From: Octopus bimaculoides
Taxonomy: Eukaryota
DNA length: 64,000 nucleotides
Direction of reading: 5' to 3'
Assembly: GCF_001194135.2 (NCBI RefSeq)
Contig: NC_068994.1
Coordinates: 38,325,134 to 38,389,133 of the forward strand
Shown here: positions 13,428 through 26,417 of the stretch, in pieces
Numbering within the stretch: the first letter of the stretch is position 1
Layout: every line of letters starts with the position of its first letter
Position numbers and translations under genes: made by a program
The notes under the pieces: generated by a model
Seen by the model: only the letters and a program-made list of their open reading frames with translations
Told to the model about the DNA's origin: nothing
Database searches by the model: none

Positions 13428-15149
13428 TGGAGAAAGCCTTTGACAGGGTCCCCGATCCGTTATCTGGTGGTCAATGAGGAAACTAGAGATAGATGAATGG
13501 TTAGTGAGAGCTGTACAGGGACTCTGTCAGTAAGGGTCGGCAACGAGTAGAGGTAGGAGTCCACCAAGGTTCAGTTCTCAGCCCCACTCCTATTTATCAT
13601 AGTCCTCCAGGCAATAACAAGGAATTCAAGCCAAGATGCCCCTGGGAGCTCCTCTATGCTGATGACTTTGCTCTAATTGCTGAGTCACTATCAGAACTAG
13701 AGGGGAAGTTTCAGGTGTGGAAGCAAGGATTAGAATCGAAGGGCTTTAGAGTCAACCTAGCTAAAACCAAATTCCTAATAACTAGAAAGGCAGACAAACC
13801 ACAAACCCCTTCAGGTAGATGGCCCTACTCAATCTGAAGAAAAATCATAGGTAGAAATTTTATAAGATGTACCCAGTGTAAGCTATGGACATATAAGAGG
13901 TACAGCAATATCAAAGGAAGGCTAACTAGGAAGATAGTTTTTGTTTGTGCCAGATGTTCAGGAGCAATAAACACTGAAAATGTACAGAGAACAACTTCTG
14001 TCACATTCCAGGGAGAAAAACTAGAAGTAGTTGATTCCATTACCTAGGTGACCAAGTTAGTAGCAGGGGTGGTAGCTCTGAAGGTGTAGCTGCTAGAATA
14101 AGAATAGCCTGGGCAAAGTTCAGAGAGCTCTTACCTCTGCTGGTGACAAAGGGCCTCTCACTCAGAGTAAAAGGCGGACTCTATGACACATGTGTACGAA
14201 CAGCCATGCTACATGGCAGTGAAACATGGGCCATGACTGCTGAGGACATGCGTAAGCTTGTAATGAATGAAACCAGTATGCTCCACTGGATGTGTAATGT
14301 CAGTGTGCATACTCAACAGAGTATAAGTGCCTTGAGAGAAAAGTTGGACCTAAGAAGCAAGAGAGACAATTGCGCTGGTATGGTCAAGTGGTACGAATGG
14401 AGGAGGATAGCTGTGTGTAAAAGTGTCACACCCTAGCAGTAGAGGGAAACTGTGGAAGAGGTAGACCTAGGAAGACCTGGGATGAGGTGGTAAAGCACGA
14501 CCTTCGAGCATTAGGCCTCACTGAGGCAATGACTAGTGACCAAGACCTTTGGAAATATGCTGTGCTTAAGAAGACCCGGGAAACCAAGTGAGACCATAAT
14601 CGCATCCAGTGGTGTAACCAGCCCACTTAGGCATACCTTTCTTTCATCGGACACTAAACTATGCTTGTAAAGAACTGTTGAGGCAAGTGAAATCGAAATC
14701 AAATTCAATGACAGTACCGCATGACTGGCATCTGTGCCAGTGGACCGCAAAGAGCACCATCTGAGCGTGATCGTCACCAGGGCCGCTGACTGCCCCCCCT
14801 CCACCCCCGTGCCGGTGGCATGTAAAAAGCACCACCTTACTGGCACTTGTGCCGGTGGTATGTGGAAAACAACATTTGAGCAAGGGCGTTGCCAGTGCCG
14901 CTGGAATGGCTCCTGTGCAGGTGATACGTAAAAACACCATTTGAGTGTGGCCATAACCAGTACCGCCTGACTGGCCCTCAAGCCGGTGGCATGTAAAAGC
15001 ACTCACTACACTCTCGAAGTGGTTGGCATTAGGAAGGGCATCCAGCTGTAAAAACTCTGCCAGATCAGATTGGAGCCTGGTGCAGCCAGTCAAACCGTCC
15101 AACCCATGCCAGCATTAAAAGTGGACATTAAACAATGATGGTGATGATG
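13428..15149 (+). mobile_element. Degenerate 5'-truncated RTE-clade LINE (RT, Cys-rich insert, C-terminal part, 3' UTR, gat-repeat tail)
   Basis: Fragments read GVHQGSVLSPLLFIIVLQAIT..WELLYADD.., then ..GLSLRVKG.LYD.CVRTAMLHGSETW; frameshifts and stops; 3' UTR ending aacccatgccagcat...gatgatg. Confidence 0.85.
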
Positions 15150-15691
15150 TGTGTATTTATACATACATGTATTTACATATATATAATTAAATTAAATCAA
15201 GTGTATAAAATTGTCTTAAAGGGATATTAGCATCTAAGTTCCCCAGTTTTATCCAGTGTATCAGTGAAAAACCAATGATGTTAGTTTTGCATTGATGGCT
15301 ATGGATATATTACCATTTCTGTAGGAGAAAAAGAAAACAGAGAAAGCGATATATAGACAATTTATTAGCATGTCTTTAATTTTGAGCTATATCAGACCCA
15401 TTGCACTGACAATTGTTTCTATGCCCAACCAATTTAATTTGAGAAATGAAATTAAATTCAATTTTCATATTGAATATCGTTAATTGGGCATTTCGTCAGG
15501 GGAAGAATTTAAAAGGAACTATATTCCAATGTGTTCTTTGACCCTTGTTAGACTCAGATATGTGTGTTTCAGCAACCAATGTATTTAAAACGGTTACTTG
15601 TGTATATGCAAATTAGTTAATACATTTGTTCACGTATACGTGTAATGTGTTGATAAACAAAAGTATCTGTTAGCTGAAATAATACTTTGAT

Positions 15692-18112
15692 ACATGCTTC
15701 ACCACCTCACCACATGTCTTCCTGGGTCTCCCTCTATCCCAGATTCCTTCCACTATTTGGGAATGGCACTTCCTCACACAGCTCTCCTCATCCATCCATA
15801 GTACATGACCATACCAATGCAAACGTCTTTCTTGCATGCCACATCCAATGCTTCTTATGTCCAACATTTCTCTCAGGGTGCTTATACTCTGTCGTGTGTG
15901 CACACTAACATTACACATCCAGCAGATCATGCTAGCTTCATTTCTTTCGAGCCTACACATGTCCTCCGCAGTCACAGCCCATGTTTCACTGCCGTGAAGC
16001 ATGGTAGTTTGCACACATGAATCATACAATTTACCTTTCACTCTGAGTGAGAGGAACTTTGTCACCAGTAAGGGTAGAAGCTTTCTGAATTTTGCCCAGA
16101 TTATTCTTATTCTAGTGGTAACACTCTCTGAGCATCCACCCCACTATGATAGCGGAAGCTATCAGTTACTTTTAGTTTCTCCCCCAGGCATGTGATAGAA
16201 TCTGTTTTCTGAGCATCTTTGGTGTTTATTGCCTCTGTGCATCTGCCGCACATGAAAGCTATCTTCCCGGTTAATCTTCTTTTGATGTTGCTGCACCTCT
16301 AGTGTCCATAACTTAGAAAGGGTACATCTTATGGAGTTTCTACCTACACCTTTTCTACAGATTGAGCAGGGCCACCTACATAAAGGGTGTGTGATGTGTT
16401 CGCCTTCCTACTCATTAGAACTTTGGTCTTTGCAACATTGACTCTAAGGCCCTTCGATTCTAAACCTTGCTTCCACAACTGAAATTTTTTCTGTAGTTCT
16501 GGTAGTGATTCTGCTATGAAAGCCAGGTCATCAGCATAGAAGAGCCCCCAGGGGCAACCTGTCTTGAATTCCTCTGTTATTGCCTGGAGAACTATGATGA
16601 ATAAGGGGGGCTGAGGGCTGATCCTTGGTAAACTCCTACTTCTACCCGATACTCATTGCCAACCCTAACCTTACTAACAGCATCTCTGTATAGGGCCTGT
16701 ACAGCCCTTATTGACCATTCGTCAATCCCCAGTTTCTGCATCACCCACCAGATAAAGGCTTTCTCCAAGTTCACAAAAGCCAAGTACAGGGTTTTATCTT
16801 TGGCTAAGTATTTCTCCTATAGTTGCCGTACCAAGAATATAGCCTCAGTGGTGCTTCTACCTGGCACAAAACCGAACTGCATCTCATCTAAGCAGATTCT
16901 CTCCCTAATTAGTTAGGCTGTGACCCTCTCCAGCAGTTTGATACCCCTGTAGTTATTTCTATCTAAAGCATCACCTTTACCCTTGTAGCAGTTGATTATG
17001 GTGCTGCTACGCCAGTCATTGGGTATGACTCCATCATGAACTACCTGGTTTACAATACAGGTGACTAGGTCATAGCCCACACCACCAGATGTTTTAAGCA
17101 TCTCAGCAGTGATTCCTAATGGGCTGGGGGCTTTTTCTGGCTTCATACTCTTAATTGCTTTATCTACCAGGGTACTGTCTATTCGGACAGCTGGTCCCAC
17201 TACTGGGTCAACATTTGGCAGGCTCTCCTCCTCCCAAACATTCTCGACGTTCAGCAGTCTTTTATAATGGCTTCTCCATGCCTCTTTCTTTTCTGAATCA
17301 TTAAATGCAGACACATTTCTCTCCTGTGACATCACAATTTTCTCACACACACTGTCTTGCAATCCAAAATACTTCAGTTCTTTGGTCCTCACGTCGCTGG
17401 ACATTGGCAAACTTTTTCTTTTCTGCCTTGCCCTTGGCTATGTATACCTGTCGCCCAGCCTCCCTTCTGGCTATCTGGTACAGTTCCCTGCTACCCCAAC
17501 CCTTCCAGGCTCTCCAGGCCTGTTTCTTTACTCTAATGGCTTTGTCTGCTGTATTATTCCACCACCACATTACTCTATGTCTGGAAAGGACTATGCACCA
17601 TTCGCATACTTGGTCTGTGGCACTCAGTAAGCTGTCCTGTAGGAATTTCCAGCTACCTTCTATGTTCGAGGTCTGTAGCTCCTCCTCCCTCTCATCAAAT
17701 TTCTTGATGAGGATGTCCCTAAATCCCTGACCATGTGAAGGGTGCTTTAGCTTCCAAACCCTTCTTTTCTGGATTGGTCTGCTTCTTGGCATCCTTCTGG
17801 CCTTGACGTAGGGTTGCTCTTAAATACAAAGACGTCCTGCTGTCTGGTGAGGATGAAATCAATCTGGCTAGCAGAGTCACCTGATTGGTAGGTTATCAGG
17901 TGGTTGTCTGGCTTCCTGTAGTTAGCGTTGCAGATTAAAAGGTTACTTGCATAACAGAACTCCAGTAGCCTAGTTCCCTCATCATTTCGAGAACCAATAT
18001 CATGGACCCTGTGCACACACCAGTGAAGATACCAAATTGCTGCCCAACATGCCCATTAAAATCTCCAGCCACAAAGATGAGGTCATTGCCACTCATCTTT
18101 GAGGTAGCCTGT
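15692..18112 (-). mobile_element. Degenerate RTE-clade LINE (APE endonuclease C-terminus through RT and C-terminal part)
   Basis: FVAGDFNGHVG motif (about 18040-18080), RNDEGTRLLEFC, YKGKGDALDRNNYRGIKLL, FVNLEKAF, GVYQGSALSP, LHGSETWAVT; many frameshifts. Confidence 0.88.
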
Positions 18113-18171
18113 TCTAATAAATTAATGTCTATATATCAATTTCTCCATTTTCTTTTTCTCATACAAAAATG

Positions 18172-18207
<36 letters not shown>

Positions 18208-18208
<1 letters not shown>

Positions 18209-18590
18209 CATCGTGGCATTCTGCCAGTTACAATGATGAGGGTTCCAGTTGATCCAACCAATAGAACAGCCTGCTCATGAAATTAACGTGCAAGTGGCTG
18301 AACACTCCACAGACACATGTACCCCTAACATAGTTCTCAGGGAGATTCAGTGTGACACAGAGTGTGACAAGGCTGGCCCTTCAAAATACAGGTAGAACAG
18401 AAACAGGAAGAAAGAGTGAGAGAAAGCTGTAGTGAAAGAGTACAGCAGGGTTCACCACCACCCCCTGCTGGAGCCTTGTGGAGCTTTAGGCGTTTTTGCT
18501 CAAGAAACACTCACAACACCCGGTCTGGGAATTGAAACCATGATCCAACAACCATGAGTCCGCTGCCCTAATAACTGCGCCATTGCACTT
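18208..18590 (-). mobile_element. tRNA-derived SINE, same core family as 23815-24125
   Basis: Reverse complement begins tggcgcagtta..ggtttcaattccc and contains the same gccagccttgtcacac..cagccacttgcacg core. Confidence 0.7.
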
Positions 18591-18963
18591 TCACATATAT
18601 ATACATATATATACATATATATATATATATGCACAAACACATATACACACTACTACTTTTTGTTTTATTTAAGCAAATTTAGAAAAATAAATTTTCTTCG
18701 ACTGTAATGCACACACATTTGTGGTGACACTCCAAATGAAAGAGATGTTTAACAGCATAAAATGAAGATCTCTCACTCGTAAAATGTAGTGTTTTTTTAA
18801 AGATATTAACACATTTTCTATCTAAAACTTTTATTACAAGTGTTTAGCTTGCAACTAAAATTGTAATAGAAACTAGTTGAAAATGTTAAGCACCAGGATC
18901 AAACTCAGTATTTTAACATTGCTTACTAAAATTCTTTGGAGAAAATTCTTTATTGAAACTTAC

Positions 18964-19104
18964 CTCATCATGTCCAGCACTACCGACACTCCAACCATGA
19001 CTACTATCTGTGTGCGAAGACAACGTTGACATTTCAGTGATTTCATCAGCATTGTTTAGTTCTCTGTAACTTAGAGACATGCTTTCTTCTCTTGGAATAA
19101 ACAT
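18964..19104 (-). CDS. P1 coding exon 2 (MFIPREESMS...DSSHGWSVGSAGHDE), 141 bp
   Basis: Acceptor tctag|ATG at 19104, donor GAG|gtaagt at 18964; homologous to the 148-151 bp exon in the other five paralogs but 10 nt shorter at its 3' end. Confidence 0.8.
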
Positions 19105-19409
19105 CTAGAAACATAAAATAGATACATTGTATGCCATAATATTTCATCATGGTATTATTGTCATTTATAATCTCTCATTTTGCTTTTAAGCTGAAATATT
19201 TTAGAAATCTTGTGAGTCAGTAAAGAAAATTAAAGAGTAATTTAGAATCTACATTTTTAAGAAAAGAATTAAGCAAATGGAAAAATAATTTTTCTTTTAT
19301 ATTCTGCAACACAGCTTCAAAGGTTCTTGGTTAATTACAGCCAGCTTTATTGTTAACACTGGAATGTTGAAAGGAGAAATATTTTGAAATTAAAAGAAAA
19401 TTATCTTAC

Positions 19410-21800
19410 CTGTTGATGATGTCTTAATGTTGGGTTATCCCATCTTTCACCTGGCATGGTTCTGTAGTGAATATCTTCTCTATCTACCATTGGTTGTTGA
19501 GATTTCTTCAGGTTTTTCTCTATTGTGTACTGAACTCCAGGAGGAACACAAGTAGGATCAAATGTGTATTTTGATTGGATGTTTAATGTAGGCGTAACTT
19601 TATGGTACATATCAACACTACTATTATAGTTGCTATCTGTCTGCTTCAGTCTATGAACTATACAGATTGTTATAGAGATCACTATAACAATTGATACTAT
19701 CACAGCTGCTATAACAATAACAATCATCACATTCAATTGGTGACCATTACTTGATTCTGTTGTTGTCTTTGAAGGGGTCTTAAAAAACTTTATTGTGTTG
19801 TTACTAACTGTTAGAGTCAAAGACAAAGTTGTTGTTGATGACAGGACTGGATTACCACTGTCTTTCACACCTAATTCCAGTTCATAGAATCCAGCATCAT
19901 TTTGGTAAAGTGAGCGAGAGAAAGATAAGACACCAGAGTGATGGTTCATTTGAAATAAGTGTTTCTCATTGCCTTTGAGTATTTCATATGTGAGGAAGGC
20001 ATTGTGTTGACTGTCTCTGTCAGAGGCCCTAACAACTGTGATATCATGGTCAGAGTTGGGATGGTAGTGGACATTAAGATTGAAAGGGTTAACATTAGGG
20101 AAACTGAAATAGGGAGCATTGTCATTTAAATCTATAACCTCAACAACAACATTTGCTGTGTTCTCCAGTGATGGTGTTCCTTTATCTTTTACTAAAACCT
20201 TAAACTCATACATGTTCTTTTCTTCTCTGTCTAGTGACTCAGTTGTGGAAATAAATCCCACATCAGATATCTGAAATGGTAGAATATATTTACCATTAGA
20301 TAACAAAGAATAGGTTAATTGTCCTCCATCTCCAATATCTGGGTCTGTAGCATTGACATATCCAACAGGGAAGTCTTTGTGTTCATTTTCATAGGTGAGA
20401 AACTTAAATGTGTCCTGACTAAACTGAGGCTGTACATCATTTATGTCAGTGACCATCATAGAAAACTGTTTCTCTACTGTCAATGGAGGTAAACCATTAT
20501 CTTGACATTTAATTGTGAAATCAAATCTCTTCTCACTCTCTCTATCTATTTCACTCTTGACAACAATTTTGTATGTCTTTAAAGACAATGAGATTAGCTG
20601 AAGATATCTGTTTTGTAAATGACAGGTCACGTGTCCATTTTCTCCACTGTCATTGTCAGTAACTTTGACATAAGCAACATTTTTGCCAATACGAATTGCT
20701 TCTGACATTCTACCCATGTTTCCAGTTGACTTAGAGAAAAGACAGACATCAATGTTTGGTGGATTATTAAGATGACTGACACCATTTACAAAAACAGTGA
20801 CAGCTGTTGACATTGAAGGATTACCATTATCTCTTGCTTCAATAAACAATTTATTGATTTTTCCAAATTCAAATCCTTCCTTTATAAATAATTCTCCAGA
20901 TGTATGATTTAAAATAAAGAATTTCTGATCTTTATCAGAGGTGTCAGGATTGAATCTATATAGAACTTGTCCATTATTTCCTTGATCTAAGTCTGTAGCA
21001 GTCAAACTTAGAATAGGTTTATATTTGCTTTGTGGTTCTGCTACTGTCACATTGTAGATATTCTGAGGAAATACAGGTGGATTATCATTTTTATCTCTCA
21101 CCAATATATGAATGTCTAAATGTGTTTGCATTGGTGGTGTTCCTCCATCTGTTGCTATTAATTGCAGTTGGTAATTTTCTTTCTTTTCTCTGTCTAGATT
21201 TTGAAGCAAAATCAATTCAATTTTACTTTTACTGTTTGAAGGTGTTGAGACTGACAACTTAAATGCTTTGTCAGTATCATTCCTTAGTTTATAAGAAATC
21301 TTTGAGTTCTGAATACTGACATCTTTATCAATCGCATTTGGAATGATTTCTTTTGTTCCTATCAATATATTTTCATCGTATTGCAAGTGGAATTCTTTCT
21401 CTGGAAATATGGGATAATTATCATTAACATCTTCTATCATAACTTTGATTTTTATTATCTTCATAAAAGAATGCTCATACCGAACTGCTATTTTCAATAT
21501 CCTGAAACATTCTTCATCATATTGACAAAGAGTTTCTGTATCCAATATGGCAGCTGTATACAGTTGTCCTCCAGGTGTAACATTGAATAACTGAACAGTT
21601 CCCTCAGTACTACCCTGGAGTACATTAAATGTTAGTTTGTTGCTATCATTGTGAGACTCTATATTATCCAATAAGTGTGTATCAGTGACAATATCTCCAA
21701 TATAGCTGTGTGTATCATTATTCTCTTTCACATGGTACATATGATCCACACACCAACAATTATTAGGCAGCAATAACAACAAGAGTAATATCTTATTCAT
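19410..21800 (-). CDS. PCDH: Protocadherin P1, large coding exon (signal peptide, EC1-EC6, TM, proximal cytoplasmic tail); the only gap-free copy
   Basis: ORF 19401-21836. Cadherin motifs DVNDNYP, LDRE, DKNDNPP, IDRE, DINDVQP, DLNDNAP; EC1 Cys loop LCQYDEEC; TM VMIVIVIAAVIVSIVIVISITICIV. Acceptor ttgcag| at 21814, ATG at 21800, donor CAG|gtaag at 19410 (phase 0). Symbol is family-level only. Confidence 0.95.
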
Positions 21801-22129
21801 TTTCTTGTGATTATCTGCAATATAAAAAAATTGCATTGAATATGATAAATAATGACAAATATATAAAAATACACTTCATATTAATTACTACTCAGTGGTT
21901 TTTAAATCAATTTCTAAACTTAATACTAGTAGTTATGTTTTAATGAAAGGCACACTTCTGAATATTAAAAGAATACATGAGGTCAGATGATAATGACTGT
22001 TGCTAACTGCAAGTATCTTGGAGCAGAAATATGTTGCTGAATTATATATATATACACTGCATTATACACAAAACGTCTTATGATCAGTCTTGTACTTTAA
22101 ATGATCAAAATTAACCCATTATTTCTGCC

Positions 22130-22165
<36 letters not shown>

Positions 22166-22593
22166 TAGCTGGACCCACGGAAGCTTCACGGAAAACAAAA
22201 AATGTAAGCATCTGTAAATTATGTGCTGGTGTCATGAGAAAGATTTCTATATTGTGACACAGAATACAGAAAGCAGCGTAAAACTGATAACTAAATAATC
22301 CAACCAAAATATCTCAGTTAGGCAAACAATTACTATTTAGCCTTAAAATACATCATACATATTCAATGGACTTTCTTGGTTTAGTGGTACAGAACATTCT
22401 TCTGGCATTCTTTTATTCTTTTACTTGTTTCATTCATTTGATTGTGGCCATGCTAGAGAAATTGACCCCTGAACTTATTCCCTGTAAGCCTGGTGCTTAT
22501 GCTATCAGTCTCTTCTGCTGAACAGCTAAGTTATGGGGACGCAAACACACCAACATCAGTTGCCAAGCAATGGTGGTGGGAGGAGAAACACAA

Positions 22594-22625
<32 letters not shown>

Positions 22626-23814
22626 TAAAGTACAGATGAGGTTATATAAACTTCAGAGGAATAAAAATATCCAAGATTAGAATGGTTAAATACCTTATTA
22701 TATAGGCAAAAACACACATATATATTGTTATTGTAAAAACCAAGAGAGATGGAGATAAGATTAACAAAAAATTTTTGCATGGGCATGTCTGCATTAACAT
22801 TATTGTTAGTTATATTAATTTATGACAATAACTATTTTTATAGCTGTATATATTTTTATATTATGTATTAATTTTAATGGTACACTGTATTTTCCCTGTT
22901 TGCTTATTCAACATTTCTATTATGTTTTCAGTATGTTATATATAAATTTCTTTGTACATTCTTCCTTGGTGATGTTCTGGCTTATAATAATTAACCAAAT
23001 GATTTAATTAAATTCAATTTGATTGATTTTATGCTATAAGTGAGGAATTGAAACAATTGTAGGTCTTGTCAATGTATTACTAAATTTTTATTAATCTTAT
23101 CTCCATCTTCTCTCTTGGTTTATTTATTTATTTATATATATATATGATGGGCTTCTTTCAGTTTCCATCAATGAAATCCATTCACGAGGCTTTGGTTGGC
23201 CTGAGGCTATAGAAGACACTCTTTAAAGTATAGAGATGAATGTTGTGTAGTTACCTATTGGCAACTTTTCTCTCCCACTCATTTTGTAGGGGGTGTTACC
23301 CATTTTTCTGGGCTCTTTTCACAGCTATACACCATTCAAAATTTGCATTAGTTTTTGTATGAAAGAAAATGGAAGGGAGTGGGGCTCATTTGTAGTTTGT
23401 AGAGGAAACATTAAATCCTCATCATCATCATCGTCGTTTAATGTCTGCTTTCCATGCTGGCATAGGTTGAACGAAGTCTTTGACTTAGGGCTGGCAAGCC
23501 AGAAGGCTGCACCAGGCTCTGTGCCTGAAAAATAAACATGGTCTTTTCTTCCAAACTAAAAGACATGCAGATTTATGAAAGATGGTGAATAAGTACTGGG
23601 GGTAGGAGAAAGATAGAATTAACAGTTGATCATTCTAGAACTCCCAGAATGAAAACACCTGAAAGACTTTCCCCTCTATTCATTACTAAATGTCTTTCCT
23701 TCTTCATTGTTAAAAGTAAAGAAGCTAGAAAAGATCAATCGTATTTCAGTTTAATTGTCATTTTAAATGCTTGAGGCTTTCCTTTCTCCTTTTCTCTACA
23801 GTTAAGAGAATGAA

Positions 23815-24125
23815 GGTGCGTGGCTCAGTGGTTCGGAGTATTTGGCCCATGATTGTAAAGTCATGAGTACGATTCCCAGGGGCATACTGTGTTCTTGAGT
23901 AAGGTACTGCACTTCACCTTACTGCAGTCCACTTAGCCGGCAAAAATGAGTTGTAACTGCAATTCAAAGGAGCCAGCCTTGTCACATTCTGTGTGAGGCT
24001 GAATCTCCCCGAGAACTACATTATGGTACGCATGTCTATGGAGTACTCAGCCACTTGCACATTAATTTTATGAGCAGACTGTTCTGTTGATCAGATAAAC
24101 AGGAACCTTGTTGTAACCAATGGAG
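23815..24125 (+). mobile_element. tRNA-derived SINE
   Basis: A-box-like tggctcagtgg, B-box-like gagtacgattcc, then core gccagccttgtcaca..gaatctccc.gagaactac..cagccacttgcac shared with 18208-18590. Confidence 0.7.
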
Positions 24126-24751
24126 GAAATGTTTCATATTGTATATGTGTTTAGTATAAGCAGTGAAAGCTAAGATGAAATAATTACTATTCCATCATGT
24201 AGTGACATCACCCTCAATTCATGCTCATAAAAATCCAAATTTTTTGTAAAATTTCTTGAAGTGACTTGCATCACAGTAAATATATAATCTGGTAGTTTTG
24301 TCTAAAGGGTATTACATCACAAGTCAAAACACTGTCAGTAATCTCATTGTCATGCTAAACACATAGTAAATTTATTGTGACACTGAAAATATTAAATGCT
24401 TAGGAATGTTAAGGATAAGCAAAAGTGAAACTAAATAAAAACAGCAAACTTTAGTTGGTTACAATAAGTTACTTAAACCAAAACCTCTCTCATCATCATC
24501 ATTTAATGTCCGTTTTCCATGCTGGCATGGGTTGGAGAGTGTGACTCAAAACTGGTAAACTAAGGAGCTGTACAAGGTTCCAATCGGATTTGGCATGACT
24601 TCTACAGCTGGATGGCCCTGTTTTCTTAACCTATTGTAAACAATATTACTTTGATAATTAGCAATAGAAATGTATAATGAAATAACTGAGTATTTTATTA
24701 ACTTCAATGTAATAGTATTGAAGTTATTACATTGCCTCTGTTACTGATATT

Positions 24752-25068
24752 ATGGAGATGTACTTGCATAGCAAGTGACCTGATCTGAGATCGTGTGCTG
24801 GAACAAAAACAATTGCAGCGTGGAAGGTGTTTATAAGCCATTTAAAATAATACATAAAAGCCGTCAGATTCACTTCAACATTTAAATTTAATTTGTCAAA
24901 ATATTTTCGTCGCTTTGAGACCTCAACCTGTTAGCGCAATTTTGTCAGTGAACAGGTCGCAGTCTCAAAGCGACGAAAATATTTTGACAAATTAAATTTA
25001 AATGTTGAAGTGAATCTGGCTTTTGTGTGTTATTTTAAATGGCTTATAAACACCTTCCACGCTTCAAT
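24752..25068. mobile_element. Palindromic insertion flanked by a 13-bp direct repeat in P1 leader intron
   Basis: tgttactgatatt at 24739-24751 and 25069-25081; near-perfect inverted arms around an 18-nt loop near 24930-24950. Confidence 0.75.
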
Positions 25069-25161
25069 TGTTACTGATATTGTTTTATAAATATGTTGAC
25101 TAACAGAAATTATAAAATAATCAAATTATATTGAACAAAAATAATATAAATAAGTACTTAC

Positions 25162-25382
25162 CAACAGTTATCAGATGTTTATACAGTTGTCACAGTACTA
25201 TTTCAAAGTTCTTATTGTTCTAGCTGGACTTATGAAAAGTTTGGTATGTGATAGTGTTATGCAGTTCTATCAAGTTGGGTGTATAGTATGTGTGTAGTAG
25301 CCAATGACAAGCTATTATTCCAATGCAAGAAAACGGATGTGCAGCCTCCAGTTCTTGCAGTTATTGATGGGCTGACTCACAC
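25162..25382 (-). promoter_or_regulatory. P1 non-coding leader exon and conserved promoter core
   Basis: Donor ctgttg|gtaagt at 25162; plus-strand core gtagccaatgacaagct...aaacggatgt...gggctgactcac (25297-25382), shared with four other copies. TSS not determined. Confidence 0.7.
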
Positions 25383-26417
25383 ACTAGTTCACTTAACTCC
25401 ACACACTAACATACACAAGTGTATGAGTGTATAAGTAAAATGTACAAAATTAAATCACTGGAAATATTTGATGTTCAGAATACTAAGGTTGAGAAATAGA
25501 CTAGCATGGAAAATTATAATATTAAATATTTGTGAGATGCTGGATAAAAATTTAAAAAATCTTTTCAGCAAGTTTTGTATTAAAGAGTAATAGACAATTT
25601 CTAAAGCCACGCTTAATATGGTAAGCCTAAGATGTATTCCCATAAAAATAAATATGGAAATAAAATATGAATTAAAAATACAAATGTTTAGAATTTTTAT
25701 AAAGTTACATTTAGGAATTACGAAACAGTAGCTCTAAATAAACAGATATTAAAGTAAGAGTGACTCGTCTTTAAAATGAATATTCGTAAGAAATTCATAA
25801 AATTTGATCGTTAGTCACAATTTTTCCCTTTTCATTAAAGATATTCATGTTATATAGTATCGTAACGCTAAGTTTGTCAAGGTATTTAGTATAAAGATAA
25901 GACGTAGTCGAAATATAAATATTCATTAAGAATATTTCGAATTTAATTCCCTAAATAGCCGAAAATATATATTTAACGCTAATTTAAGTAAATTTTATTG
26001 AAAGTTTCGTGATTATTTACGTTATCAAAATTTATATATTGAAGAAATTGTTCAGAAAGTTTCGTCGTTAATATATATATATTTTTTTTTTAATGGAAGC
26101 AATATTCAAGGGAGGTAACTGTTAAAAACTGTTATACAAAGCAATCAGTAATAGAAATCAGGAATTATATTACTGAACGGGCTTATATCTCACACACATT
26201 CCAGAATTCGTAAAACACGAGAGTGTGTGTGTGTGTGTGTGTATATACATACACACACACACACACACACCTGTGTTTACAAATTCTAAAATATACGGCT
26301 CTTGTTTTCTGTCGAAGATAAATTTTCAGGAATATCATTCAATACTTCAAAATAATGGTAGTAACCGTTTCTTTAGGGTTTAAGTAATACCTTATTGATG
26401 ACAATAATATTTTAATG

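Noticed and set aside
23815-23885. Functional tRNA gene
   Set aside because: A/B boxes are degenerate, no cloverleaf could be built, and the sequence continues into a SINE core.
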